Assembly (NCBI GenBank): GCA_049802875.1
Contig: JBARNH010000007.1
Span: 67,194-131,193, forward strand
Length of the DNA stretch: 64,000 nucleotides
Reading direction: 5' to 3'
From: Thermoplasmata archaeon
GTDB taxonomy: Archaea > Thermoplasmatota > Thermoplasmata > Lutacidiplasmatales > UBA184
Numbering within the stretch: position 1 is the first letter of the stretch; each line of letters starts with the position of its first letter. The translations under genes were made by a program, and so were the position numbers. Positions 29,028 to 38,047 of this stretch are shown piece after piece. The notes below the pieces were generated by a model. It had not been told where the DNA came from. It did no database searches and saw only the letters and a program-made list of their open reading frames with translations.

Positions 29028-29103
29028 CATTGCACCCTTCTGTGGCGGGCAGTAGACAGGACTTAAGTGACCCACCACTAGCGGCGCGCCGAAGGTTCGG
29101 AAC

Positions 29104-30234
29104 GTGGGATACCGACCGGTCTCCTACAGCCACATCGTAGTTGGCGCGGGAGCCGTGGGGGCTTCGTCGGCCTACCACCTCTCGAACGACCAAGGTCGAA
29201 CGCTCGTGCTAGAGCGGTTCGAGGAGAACCATGCATTCGGATCCTCCCATGGCCGAACCAGAATCCTTCGTACTGCGTACGCCGAGGGTTCCTCCTACGT
29301 TCCCCTTGTCTTACGGGCTCGCAATCTCTGGAACGGTCTCGGCGAGGCTGCCGGTGTGGAGATCTTTCGACCGACCGGAGCGATCCTGGCTGGTCGTTCG
29401 GATTCCATCCCGCTCAGCCAAGCCCGTGCCAGCGCGCGACATTGGAAACTTCCCCATGAGGTGATGGATTCTGACGCGTCTCGGAGGCGTTTTCCAGCCT
29501 TCCGGTTTGGTACGGGCGATCGGGTGTTGTGGGATCCGAAAGGCGGTGTCCTGTTCCCCGAGAGGGCCATCAGCGCCTTTCGCCGGATCGCACATGACCG
29601 CGGTGTGGTCTTCCGGTGGAACTCGCCAGTCACCGGATGGGAACCTCGTTCGGACGGACGCATCCTGGTCCGCACCGCTTCTCGAGAGTATCTCACCGAC
29701 AAACTCGTCCTCTCGGCGGGCGCCTGGATGTCGTCCTTGGTCCGAAATCTCCGCCTCCCGCTGATCGTCGAGCAGCAGACTGTCTACTGGTTCCGGCCGG
29801 GGGAGGGAAGGCCGGAGTCGTTCCGGGGGATGCCCGCCTTCGTTTGGTACGTCCCTCAGGGCGGCTATTACTACGGACTTCCGGATGTGGGGGACGGAGT
29901 GAAGATCGGTGGTAACCGTGGCCAAATCGTCCGAAACCTCAATCGGCGGCCTCCGTCGGCGGCCAGGGAACTGCGCTCGATTCGAGCGTTTCGAGCGAGG
30001 CGCCTCCCCGGATTGGCTTCGAATCCGGATCGGCACGTGACTTGCTTGTACACGAACACCCCCGACAAGAACTTCATCGTCGACTTCCACCCGGATTCCC
30101 ACAGTGTCGTCGTCGTGAGCGCGTGCTCCGGACACGGCTTCAAGTTCGCGAGCGTGATGGGAGAACTGGTGGCCCGAGGGGTAACGACGGGCAAGCTTTC
30201 GTCGCTTCTTGCGCCGTTCCGTCTCCGAAACTAA
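29104..30234 (+). CDS. FAD-dependent monomeric sarcosine oxidase / N-methyltryptophan oxidase (MSOX/SolA family)
   Basis: GTG start. Dinucleotide-binding motif IVVGAGAVGASSAYHL. C-terminal SACSGHGFKF (covalent-FAD Cys motif). Confidence 0.75.
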   Translation: MGYRPVSYSHIVVGAGAVGASSAYHLSNDQGRTLVLERFEENHAFGSSHGRTRILRTAYAEGSSYVPLVLRARNLWNGLGEAAGVEIFRPTGAILAGRSDSIPLSQARASARHWKLPHEVMDSDASRRRFPAFRFGTGDRVLWDPKGGVLFPERAISAFRRIAHDRGVVFRWNSPVTGWEPRSDGRILVRTASREYLTDKLVLSAGAWMSSLVRNLRLPLIVEQQTVYWFRPGEGRPESFRGMPAFVWYVPQGGYYYGLPDVGDGVKIGGNRGQIVRNLNRRPPSAARELRSIRAFRARRLPGLASNPDRHVTCLYTNTPDKNFIVDFHPDSHSVVVVSACSGHGFKFASVMGELVARGVTTGKLSSLLAPFRLRN

Positions 30235-30287
30235 CCCCGACCAGCAGTAGGAGCAAACCAGTCCGATCGATTGTTACGAAGACTGGC

Positions 30288-30309
30288 GGCTGCAACGCGT
30301 CTTGCGCCC
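30288..30309. repeat. GGTGCAA-N6-TTGCACC family palindromic motif
   Basis: GGCTGCAACGCGTCTTGCGCCC. Confidence 0.5.
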
Positions 30310-30318
30310 ACTAAGAGC

Positions 30319-30858
30319 CTACGCGACGCGGGTCCGGTTTTCCAGCTGCTCAGAAGACCAATCCTCATAGACGTAGATCCGGCGAGGGAAGTAGGCTTCA
30401 ACCTCCTCCACGCCCTCATTCTCTCGAATAAGTCGATCTGAGTCCTCGACCTCTCCGGGCGAAGTCAGCTGCAAAAAGACGGAGAGGAGCCGGACCGCCT
30501 TGGGCCCCGCGTCGGGGCGACCGCTCTGATCCTCGAGCAGAATGTAGGACGAGAAGCTACTCTCCAATCGACCCAGGATTCGCTGGGAGTCTGTCTTCGG
30601 GCCGAGCAAGACGAGGAAGCGAACCACGCTCGCCCCTTGATACCGCGTGAAGTCGAGTCGAGGGACGGACCAGACGGCACAGTCCCGCACGAGAGAGTTG
30701 TAGCGCCGGGCGAAGGTCTTCGCCGTGATGCCAGTCTTCCGCGCGCACTCCGCGATGGACGTTGTCGGATGCCCATGGAGGATTTCGAGAATCCGCCAGT
30801 CGAGTCGGGACGGCGCAACCGTCGTCGAGGGACAGCGAAAGAGGAGGCACGGGTCCAT
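30319..30858 (-). CDS. Lrp/AsnC-family transcriptional regulator
   Basis: HTH asnC-type (LDWRILEILHGHPTTSIAECARKTGITAKTFARRY) followed by a RAM-like domain. ATG at 30858 preferred over the ORF-track start at 30954. Confidence 0.6.
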   Translation of the reverse strand: MDPCLLFRCPSTTVAPSRLDWRILEILHGHPTTSIAECARKTGITAKTFARRYNSLVRDCAVWSVPRLDFTRYQGASVVRFLVLLGPKTDSQRILGRLESSFSSYILLEDQSGRPDAGPKAVRLLSVFLQLTSPGEVEDSDRLIRENEGVEEVEAYFPRRIYVYEDWSSEQLENRTRVA

Positions 30859-30884
30859 CTCGGCGACCCCCGGTAACCTGCGAG

Positions 30885-31265
30885 TCAGACCCGAGCATCG
30901 TTGCAGGCCGCGGTCGGACTGGAAAACAAACATGACCGCAACCCAAGGACCCACTTGATCAACCGCAAACGCGGCTCCTTCGACGAGAGCAAATCCCGGA
31001 AAAATCGCTCCTTCGCTCGAGAGTCTGCAATCCTAACACTTCCGCCCGCGAGTCCGGCGCCGAAGAGGGTGGGGTTGGGCACCACTGAATAGCCCAACAG
31101 AAATCCGTTTCGCTGCCAGGAGCGAAGTCGGCTCCAGACAGTGGTCGGGTCCAATCGTAATCGGCGGGCCACTTCCCGCGTGGAAATTCGGGGGTCAAGG
31201 CTACCCCACCACATCACTCGCCCTCGGGAAGTCTCCCGAAGAATCTTCAGATCGAGAGAGTCCAC
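30885..31265 (-). CDS. Lrp/AsnC-like HTH regulator (short)
   Basis: LDLKILRETSRG...RISTREVARRLRLDPTTVWSRLRSWQRNGFLLGY. In tandem with the previous gene. Confidence 0.5.
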   Translation of the reverse strand: MDSLDLKILRETSRGRVMWWGSLDPRISTREVARRLRLDPTTVWSRLRSWQRNGFLLGYSVVPNPTLFGAGLAGGSVRIADSRAKERFFRDLLSSKEPRLRLIKWVLGLRSCLFSSPTAACNDARV

Positions 31266-31417
31266 GGACCCGACAACGCTTCCCTCCCAGAAAAGCGTCG
31301 GTGGTTCCGGTTTGTTGGAATTTCCTCGACAAACCAGAAGGAGGAGTCGGGAACGCGACCGTCCGTTGAGGGATTCGGAACGTCGAACTAACTTCTCACA
31401 TGCGGTGATTCACTCCG

Positions 31418-31899
31418 ATGTCAGCGACCACTGCCCCCACAAACCTGGTGCCCGCCAAAGAGCCGAATAGTCGAGCGGCCGGTTCTCCGAGCTCAAGTGA
31501 GGAGAACATGGAGATCGCACGACGGTTGATCGAGCAGGGGTTCAAACGCGGCAACCTGCAGGTGTTGGACGAAATCCTCGACCCAGCGTTTGTAGAGCAT
31601 CAAACGATCGCCCCCGGGGTTCCGCCCACGCGGGGTGCTGTCGCTGCGATCATCCAGTCTCTGAAAAACGGATTCCCGGACATTCACCTTTCGATCGAGG
31701 AGATCGACGCGGTCGGAGACCGGGTCTGGATGCGGATCCGAGCTACCGGCACGAACAAGGGTCCCTTCATGGGGAATCCGCCCACCGGCCGCCCAATGAC
31801 GATCACGGTGTTCGACCTGGTCCGTTGAGAAATCGCCGAATCGTGGAACACTGGGGAGTGCCTGACCACGGAGCCCTCGCGGTCCAGCTCGGCTGGTAG
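31418..31899 (+). pseudogene. SnoaL-like ester cyclase with -1 frameshift near 31826
   Basis: ORF 31418..31828 ends ...ITVFDLVR*. The hallmark C-terminus of this family (RIVEHWGVPDHGALAVQLGW) is encoded in the -1 frame at 31828..31899. A single-base indel (or base-calling error) restores the full protein. Confidence 0.55.
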
Positions 31900-31968
31900 C
31901 GGTCCGCGATTTCAGAGGAGAATCTCCGGGGGCCATTCGAGGGATTCGATTCGCCCGCCCCGTCACAT

Positions 31969-31990
31969 GAGTGCAACGCTGCATGCACCC
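31969..31990. repeat. GGTGCAA-N6-TTGCACC family palindromic motif
   Basis: GAGTGCAACGCTGCATGCACCC. Confidence 0.5.
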
Positions 31991-32033
31991 AGACCCCAGC
32001 TGGTCGCTACGGGACCTCAGGTGCTGGACTCGA

Positions 32034-32723
32034 CTATGTGGGTGGCTTCGACTCCTTGGGTGGAAGTCCGCCCTTCGCGAGGCTTTCGTTCAATTGCCGT
32101 AGGCGCCGCGGAACCAGCACTGCTAGGGCGACCACGCCGGCTGCGATTGCGATGATTGCCCCCATGAACACTATCACGAGGATGAGGCCGATCGTGAGGA
32201 AGCCGCTAGGAATCAACGAACTGAGGCTGTTGTTTCCGTTGTTGGAATTGTTCCCGTTTCCGTTCCCACTCCCGTTGCTACCAGATTCGACGTTCAGGGT
32301 CGCCGTTTGAGATGCCTTTGTGGCAGGGGTCGAGCTATCGACCACCTCGAGTTGAATGGAGTAAGATCCCGTCGAGGTCGGGGTGCATTGAAAGGTGAAT
32401 GTGGTCGACGATGACATCACCGGGTTGTTCGAGGGAGAACAATCGGGCGGGGTGTTGTTGAACCAGAGGTAGTAAGGCGCCGTTCCTCCCGACAAGCCGA
32501 CCGTCCCGGTGACTTGCGTCCCGGGGTTTGCGTTCGAGGGCTGGAAGGAAAACTGTGAGATCGTGACCGAGCCGCTCGCGAGTTCAAGTCCGCCCGAGGG
32601 TCCTGAGACGCGGGGGGCTCCCGCGGAATACGCCGCCAGGGTGGCTAGCAGGATCAGCAAGGTTGCGGCGATTGCGAATCGTCCACCTCGCAACGAGAAC
32701 GGGCTGTCTCGGTCGTGGCGCAT
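32034..32723 (-). CDS. secreted surface protein with C-terminal TM anchor (hypothetical)
   Basis: Signal peptide, an Ig-like beta-rich region, an Asn/Ser/Gly low-complexity linker (SGSNGSGNGNGNNSNNGNNS), a TM helix, then a basic tail. Confidence 0.6.
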   Translation of the reverse strand: MRHDRDSPFSLRGGRFAIAATLLILLATLAAYSAGAPRVSGPSGGLELASGSVTISQFSFQPSNANPGTQVTGTVGLSGGTAPYYLWFNNTPPDCSPSNNPVMSSSTTFTFQCTPTSTGSYSIQLEVVDSSTPATKASQTATLNVESGSNGSGNGNGNNSNNGNNSLSSLIPSGFLTIGLILVIVFMGAIIAIAAGVVALAVLVPRRLRQLNESLAKGGLPPKESKPPT

Positions 32724-33030
32724 CGTGTGAGCATGCGAGGGGACTGTTCTTCAAGGTATGCTTGCGCCGGATGCACGGTTCGATCGGGCCAAGGCAGCTT
32801 GCGTGTTCGGACCGACCCGCTACTCAATTTTGGTTCCAATTATACATGCACTCAGGCTCCAGCGGATCGAATGCGCTTCGGAAGGACGCGGTCGGTACCC
32901 GGCCGGGGCGCAAGGACCGCCAGCCCGCGAACGCACTCTGCCCCCTCCCACCGGTTTCGTCCAGCGGCGCATGATCCGAGTGCGGGGGGGCGTCCGTCGA
33001 CCCGTCTCCGCCGCTGGTGGCTCGGGAGGG

Positions 33031-34944
33031 TTAGCCCGTTTCTCCCAGCGCCTTATCGAGATTTACCGCGGCGCTGATGAGGGCGAGGTGTGTGAATGCT
33101 TGCGGGAAGTTGCCCAGCGACTCGCCCGCCGGGCCGAGCTCCTCGGCGTAGAGGCCGAGTCGACTCGCGTAACCCAGTACCTTCTCGAACATGAGCCGGG
33201 CCTCGTCTAGCCGGCCCGCCCGGGTGAGGGCCTCGACGAGCCAGAAGCTGCACAGGCTGAACGTGCCTTCTCGACCTGGGAGACCATCGGAGGTCTCGTC
33301 GAGGCTGTACCGGCGAACGAGGCTGTCGGACACCAGCTCCGCCCGGATCGCTTCGATTGTCGCCGTCATCCGGGGGTCCTTCGCCGAGACAAAGAAGACC
33401 AGGGGCATGAGGAGGGCGCTCGCGTCCAACGCGCTACCCCCGTAGCACTGGACGAAGGAACCGCGCTTTTTGTCCCAGCCTTTGCGCATGATCCGCTCAT
33501 AGATCTCGTCGCGGGTCGCCCGCCAATTCTCTAGGTCCGCCGGGAACCCCCGCTTCTCGGCGATCCGGATGGCCCGGTCGAAAGCGACCCAGCACATCAT
33601 GTTCGAGTAGACGAATTGGCGCGGCTTGCCTCGGACCTCCCAGATACCGCGGTCCGGCCGCTGCCAGTTCTCGGTGAGCCAGTCAAGGATCCGACGCAGG
33701 CTGGTCCAGAGGTCGTGCGAGATTGGGACGCCGTGCTTGTTGTAGAGGTAGACGGCATCTAAGAGCGCGCCGTAGATTTCCAACTGTAGCTGGTCGACCG
33801 CCGCGTTGCCGATCCGGACCGGCCGGGACCCGAGGTACCCCTCGAGGTGATCAAGGACCTCCTCGGGGAGGTCATGGCCACCGCGGATCCGATAGACCGG
33901 GCGAAGGGAACCGTCGGGCTCAAGATCTGAGGTCCGGGCGAGCAGCCAATCCATGAACGCGCGAACTTCGTCGATATACCCTAGACGCAAGAATGCGTAG
34001 AGGGTGAACGCCGCGTCCCGGATCCACGTATACCGGTAGTCCCAGTTCCGGGCGCCTCCGATGACCTCGGGAAGTCCGAGGGTCGGTGCGGCGACAATCG
34101 CCCCCGTAGGCTCGTACGTGAGCAACTTGAGTACGAGAGCGGAGCGGTTCACCATCTCGCGCCAGCGACCGCGGTAGGTCGAACCAGCGCTCCAACCGCG
34201 CCAGAAGCGCATCGTTTCCTGGAGCGCGTCCTTCATCTGTTCCTCACCGACGGCCGGGAGTCGGCGGCTCCGCGAGGTCGAGAGAGCCCGAAGAAGGAAC
34301 CACGTTGAGTCGCCTTCCGCCAGCGCGAACCTTCCGATCGCCGCGTGTCCCCTGACCGTGAGCGGCACCTTCGTGGCGAGCCCGAGTCGGAGCGAGCGGC
34401 CCTCGAAGACGGCTCCCCCGGGACGGAGCCGGGGCTCGGGAATCTCCCGGGCGTAGTCGAAGGCGGGATCGCACGTCAACTCGAAGTCGACTTTCCCGCG
34501 AACCACTGCCACACGACGGACCAGACAGTCCGCGGGCACCCGTTCGCGCACCACCGCGAGCGGCATGAAATCCGTCACCTCGGCAACGCCTTTTTGACTG
34601 AGGAAGCGGCTGATGAGGACGTTGGTCTCCGGTAAGTAGAGCTGCTTTCGGGTCGACACCTCAGTCGGGCTGATCTGGAAACGGCCTCCCTTGTCTCGGT
34701 CGAGGAGGGCCGCGAACACGCTCGGGGAATCGAAATTCGGGAAGCAGAACCAGTCCACGGAGCCATCCATCCCCACGAGTGCGACGGTCCGTAGGTTCCC
34801 GATGACCCCGTAGTCACTGAGCGGTTTGTACCGGACCTGCCCGGGGAGCGCCGGAACTCGCGGGGCCCGTCTCGCCCGTCGTCCCGGAACCCGAGGCGGG
34901 TTCCGTGCGCCTTCGACGCTGACAGCCTTTGCGTGATTGGTCAT
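33031..34944 (-). CDS. glycoside hydrolase family 15 (glucoamylase/glucodextranase-like) with N-terminal beta-sandwich domain
   Basis: YKPLSDYGVIGNLRTVALVGMDGSVDWFCFPNFDSPSVFAALLD (GH15 N-domain). NWDYRYTWIRDAAFTLYA (catalytic region). The ATG at 34944 is preferred over the ORF-track start at 34983. Confidence 0.8.
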   Translation of the reverse strand: MTNHAKAVSVEGARNPPRVPGRRARRAPRVPALPGQVRYKPLSDYGVIGNLRTVALVGMDGSVDWFCFPNFDSPSVFAALLDRDKGGRFQISPTEVSTRKQLYLPETNVLISRFLSQKGVAEVTDFMPLAVVRERVPADCLVRRVAVVRGKVDFELTCDPAFDYAREIPEPRLRPGGAVFEGRSLRLGLATKVPLTVRGHAAIGRFALAEGDSTWFLLRALSTSRSRRLPAVGEEQMKDALQETMRFWRGWSAGSTYRGRWREMVNRSALVLKLLTYEPTGAIVAAPTLGLPEVIGGARNWDYRYTWIRDAAFTLYAFLRLGYIDEVRAFMDWLLARTSDLEPDGSLRPVYRIRGGHDLPEEVLDHLEGYLGSRPVRIGNAAVDQLQLEIYGALLDAVYLYNKHGVPISHDLWTSLRRILDWLTENWQRPDRGIWEVRGKPRQFVYSNMMCWVAFDRAIRIAEKRGFPADLENWRATRDEIYERIMRKGWDKKRGSFVQCYGGSALDASALLMPLVFFVSAKDPRMTATIEAIRAELVSDSLVRRYSLDETSDGLPGREGTFSLCSFWLVEALTRAGRLDEARLMFEKVLGYASRLGLYAEELGPAGESLGNFPQAFTHLALISAAVNLDKALGETG

Positions 34945-35272
34945 GGAGCGCCCCGCGAGGGAGCCTCCGACACGCACTGTCACAATTGAGTTTTATTCCT
35001 CCGGTCACGACCATCTCGGCACGATGGGCGGGAACTAGCCGCTGACTCTGCGGCGAACATCATCGCAGCGAGGAGATGCGACAGGGCCACGGCTATGCGA
35101 AAATTTGAGCTAGATTAGGATCAAGGCAACTCCCCCGCAGAGTACGCGCGGGTCCGGGTCGAATCTGCCCACTTTCCAACGGGCTCGCACCCCCTCGATT
35201 GCTCAGATGTCTTTCTTACCGGGGCTTATCAGATGGCCCCCCGGCCAGTGCGGAGCTTTACTCTCGGAACGT

Positions 35273-35292
35273 AGGTGCAATACTACTTGCAC
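35273..35292. repeat. GGTGCAA-N6-TTGCACC family palindromic motif
   Basis: AGGTGCAATACTACTTGCAC. Confidence 0.65.
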
Positions 35293-35537
35293 ATTGAAGG
35301 TGAAGATGGGGCAAGCCGCAACTGAGACTACGCCCGGGGGGGCACTTTCACAGGGATTTGAAGCCGAGACGAGCGAGGCTGCAGCCGACATTACACCCGC
35401 CAACCGACGAGCTCCGGCACCAGTGATCCGCTTCACGGGGTAGCCGACCTGCGTGAAACTTCGGTGAGAGCGTTTGGGAGAAGCCAAGGCTTGATGCTTG
35501 AGGATCCCCATACCGAGCTGACAATCCGGGGGGGACC

Positions 35538-36047
35538 ATGGGAAGCGGTTTGGACCCACGAACACGGACGACTTCGTGGCAGGACCCAGCACAGTTTGAG
35601 GGCCCAATCCGGAAACTGAGCGGAATCGATTTCATGCGTGCGTTTCTCACCGGCGAATTGCCTCCACCCCCGTTCGTGCAATTACTCGGAATCCGGATCG
35701 TTTCGGTGGAGCCTTCCTCGGTCGCCTTCGAGTTCGATCCCGCTGAGTATATGTACAGTCCGTTAGGGAACGTGCATGGAGGAATCGTCACAGTGTTGCT
35801 TGACACTGCGATGGGGTGTTCGTTTCACACAACCCTACCCGCTGGGACAGGCTACACGACGCTCGAGCTCAAAGTCAACTTCGTGAGATCGATGACCGCA
35901 AAGGTGGGCACACTGCGTGCCGAAGGCCACGTCATTCACTCCGGATCTCGCGTTGCCACCTTAGAGGCTCGCCTGCTGGATAGCGGACAGCGGTTGTACG
36001 CCCACGCGACCTCGACTGTGATGATTCTCCAACCAAGCTCGCCCTGA
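35538..36047 (+). CDS. PaaI/hotdog-fold thioesterase family protein (paralog of 26143..26700)
   Basis: About 80% identical at protein and DNA level to 26143..26700: PLGNVHGGIVTVLLDTAMGCSFHTTLPAGTGYTTLELKVNF. Confidence 0.7.
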   Translation: MGSGLDPRTRTTSWQDPAQFEGPIRKLSGIDFMRAFLTGELPPPPFVQLLGIRIVSVEPSSVAFEFDPAEYMYSPLGNVHGGIVTVLLDTAMGCSFHTTLPAGTGYTTLELKVNFVRSMTAKVGTLRAEGHVIHSGSRVATLEARLLDSGQRLYAHATSTVMILQPSSP

Positions 36048-36263
36048 GTTCGTGACCGCGCATCCCGGCCGCTCTCTGCCATGAAGACTCATCGGGGCAA
36101 ATGGTGCGAGCCGGGATTTCGGATAATCGTACCCAGCGTGTGTGGAACGTGCCTACAGCGAGATTGAGTATGATCGCGCCTTCGCCCGCGACCACTGGGT
36201 GATTAGTGGGTGCAAGGCTAGTTGAGCCCAGTGCCCAAGTTGACCGAAGTCAGCCAATGAAAA

Positions 36264-36629
36264 CTATCCCGGAACTAGAGTGATGGCTTCTTCCGGGCAG
36301 GCGGCAACGCAGAGTCCGCATGCCCTACAATCTTCGGCCAGGGGGGTACGGGCTGTCTTCCGCTCGTGACTTCGAGCCTTCAATCGGCCCACGAATCCGA
36401 GGGCACCATATTCCGATTCCGTCAGGGTACCGAGCTCGAACACCGAGTACGGGCACACTTGCACGCACTCTTCTTTCCCTTCACACTTCTCCCGGTTTAC
36501 GAATGGAACGAATCGGCCGGGAGGGGCGAGACATTTTTCCCCCGTTCGACGCTGGCTGACGGCAGCCGCCCGAGCTTTTGCGGGGTCTCGAGATCCCTTC
36601 GGTAGCCCGAGTTCCCCGTCTGCAGTCAT
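36264..36629 (-). CDS. 4Fe-4S ferredoxin-type protein
   Basis: CEGKEECVQVCP and CRACGLCVAACP cluster motifs. Divergent from the Rieske gene at 36901. Confidence 0.6.
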   Translation of the reverse strand: MTADGELGLPKGSRDPAKARAAAVSQRRTGEKCLAPPGRFVPFVNREKCEGKEECVQVCPYSVFELGTLTESEYGALGFVGRLKARSHERKTARTPLAEDCRACGLCVAACPEEAITLVPG

Positions 36630-36754
36630 CTTCGCAGTTGTGGAAGGGCACCGCCCACTTTAGCGCTTGAGGCCGCGGGTGAAATCGCGCCCCTCCTTCA
36701 CCTAGAAAAGCCACGCCGCCTCGGGGGTCGGAAACACTTTCCACCGACCCAAAG

Positions 36755-36778
36755 TGGTTGCAATCAACATTGCAGCCA
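36755..36778. repeat. GGTGCAA-N6-TTGCACC family palindromic motif
   Basis: TGGTTGCAATCAACATTGCAGCCA. Between the divergent ferredoxin and Rieske genes. Confidence 0.6.
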
Positions 36779-36900
36779 CATCCGGGGGGTCAGGGGCGGT
36801 CGAAATGAAACCTGCGATACTGCGGCGATTACTCGACGGTTAGCAGGTGCAGTCGCCGTCGCTAACCCGTTAACCGCCCTCGCACGCATTCCGCCGTGAG

Positions 36901-37299
36901 GTGGTCGAGATGACTGGCTGGTACAAGGCTGCGGACGCGAAGGAGTTGCCGCAGGGTTCGATGAAGGGCTTTGAGGTAGGGGACGCGAAGGTCCTCTTGG
37001 TGCATGGCCCGTCAGGGATTCGGGCTTTCGAGGATCGATGCGGGCACATGTCCGCCCCGCTCAGTCTCGGCGTATTCAAGAGCGGGGTGATCAAGTGCGC
37101 TCTTCACTCAGCGGTATTCGGCGCGGAGACCGGTCAAGTGCGTGGCCAGCCCGTCATGCACGCGCCCTCCGGCAACCTACCGCCCGAATTCATGGAGGCG
37201 ATGGCCAAGATGGGGCAAATCATGGGCCAGATCCGATGCGAGACGATACGGCCCTACCCGGTCGCCGTCGAGAACGGCGAAGTGATGGTCTTCGTCTGA
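36901..37299 (+). CDS. Rieske [2Fe-2S] domain protein (paralog of 18457..18858)
   Basis: CGHMSAPL...CALHSAVF. 132 aa. Confidence 0.7.
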   Translation: MVEMTGWYKAADAKELPQGSMKGFEVGDAKVLLVHGPSGIRAFEDRCGHMSAPLSLGVFKSGVIKCALHSAVFGAETGQVRGQPVMHAPSGNLPPEFMEAMAKMGQIMGQIRCETIRPYPVAVENGEVMVFV

Positions 37300-37377
37300 G
37301 AGATTCTGGTGGTCCGGGCTCAGCGGACCGGTTCGCGGCCGCTCGGTGTAATCGACGTTTGGACGAGAGCCCCTACG

Positions 37378-37403
37378 GGGGTGCAAGGTTGCTCACGCTT
37401 ACC
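37378..37403. repeat. palindromic motif copy (degenerate)
   Basis: GGGTGCAAGGTTGCTCACGCTTACCC. Confidence 0.35.
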
Positions 37404-37443
37404 CACGTGACCACCCTCTGGAGAAGTGTGTTTTTTGGAACTC

Positions 37444-37956
37444 CTAACTTCGAAGAAGCCTCTCTGTATCACGAATCTGACCCAAGTAAACCGCCCGGTC
37501 CTCGCGGTCCAACGACAGAGCTGCTAGATGCTGCCGGGCCTTTCGAAGATACTCTCTCCCCGACTTAGGGTCATCGGCCACCGCATAGGCCCGAGCAATT
37601 GCCTCGTAGGCCGAGCACAGAATCTCCGACAAATCGTTCTTTTCGCACGTCGCGAGACAGGACTTTGCGAATCGGAGGGACAGGTCGGGCTGACCAAGCG
37701 AGGCGTATGCTCGGGAGATCTGCCTATCCCCGACGGCCTGGTTCTCGGGGGTCCCAACGATCCCCCAGTGATATCGAGAAGCGTGCACCAGGTTCAGGAG
37801 CCGACTCCGATCATCGCCGATCAGAACTCGCTTCTCCAAGTACGCGCACGCCTCATTGAAGCAGCGGGCTGCGGTCTTTCGGTGAAATTCACGTTCGCCC
37901 CTTGGAGGCGCCATTGACCTCGGAAGGGTACGAGGACTCGAAAAGGTTGGCTTCAA
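37444..37956 (-). CDS. hypothetical helical protein
   Basis: 170-aa ORF, alpha-helical and TPR-like. Alternative start MAPPRGE. Confidence 0.4.
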   Translation of the reverse strand: MKPTFSSPRTLPRSMAPPRGEREFHRKTAARCFNEACAYLEKRVLIGDDRSRLLNLVHASRYHWGIVGTPENQAVGDRQISRAYASLGQPDLSLRFAKSCLATCEKNDLSEILCSAYEAIARAYAVADDPKSGREYLRKARQHLAALSLDREDRAVYLGQIRDTERLLRS

Positions 37957-38047
37957 CGGACGGGTTTCCGGTCAGATGATGCTCGGGACGACCCCTCGAA
38001 CCGATTTGTATCAAGGGGGTTGTGTGAGGCGAGGCTTGTTGCACCGA

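Noticed and set aside
29311-30135. 274-aa minus-strand ORF
   Set aside because: It is antisense to the MSOX/SolA-like gene. There is no homology signal and the composition is Arg-rich.
35203-35806. Two minus-strand ORFs (35203..35607, 35348..35806)
   Set aside because: They are antisense to the PaaI paralog 35538..36047, which is strongly supported by its duplicate.
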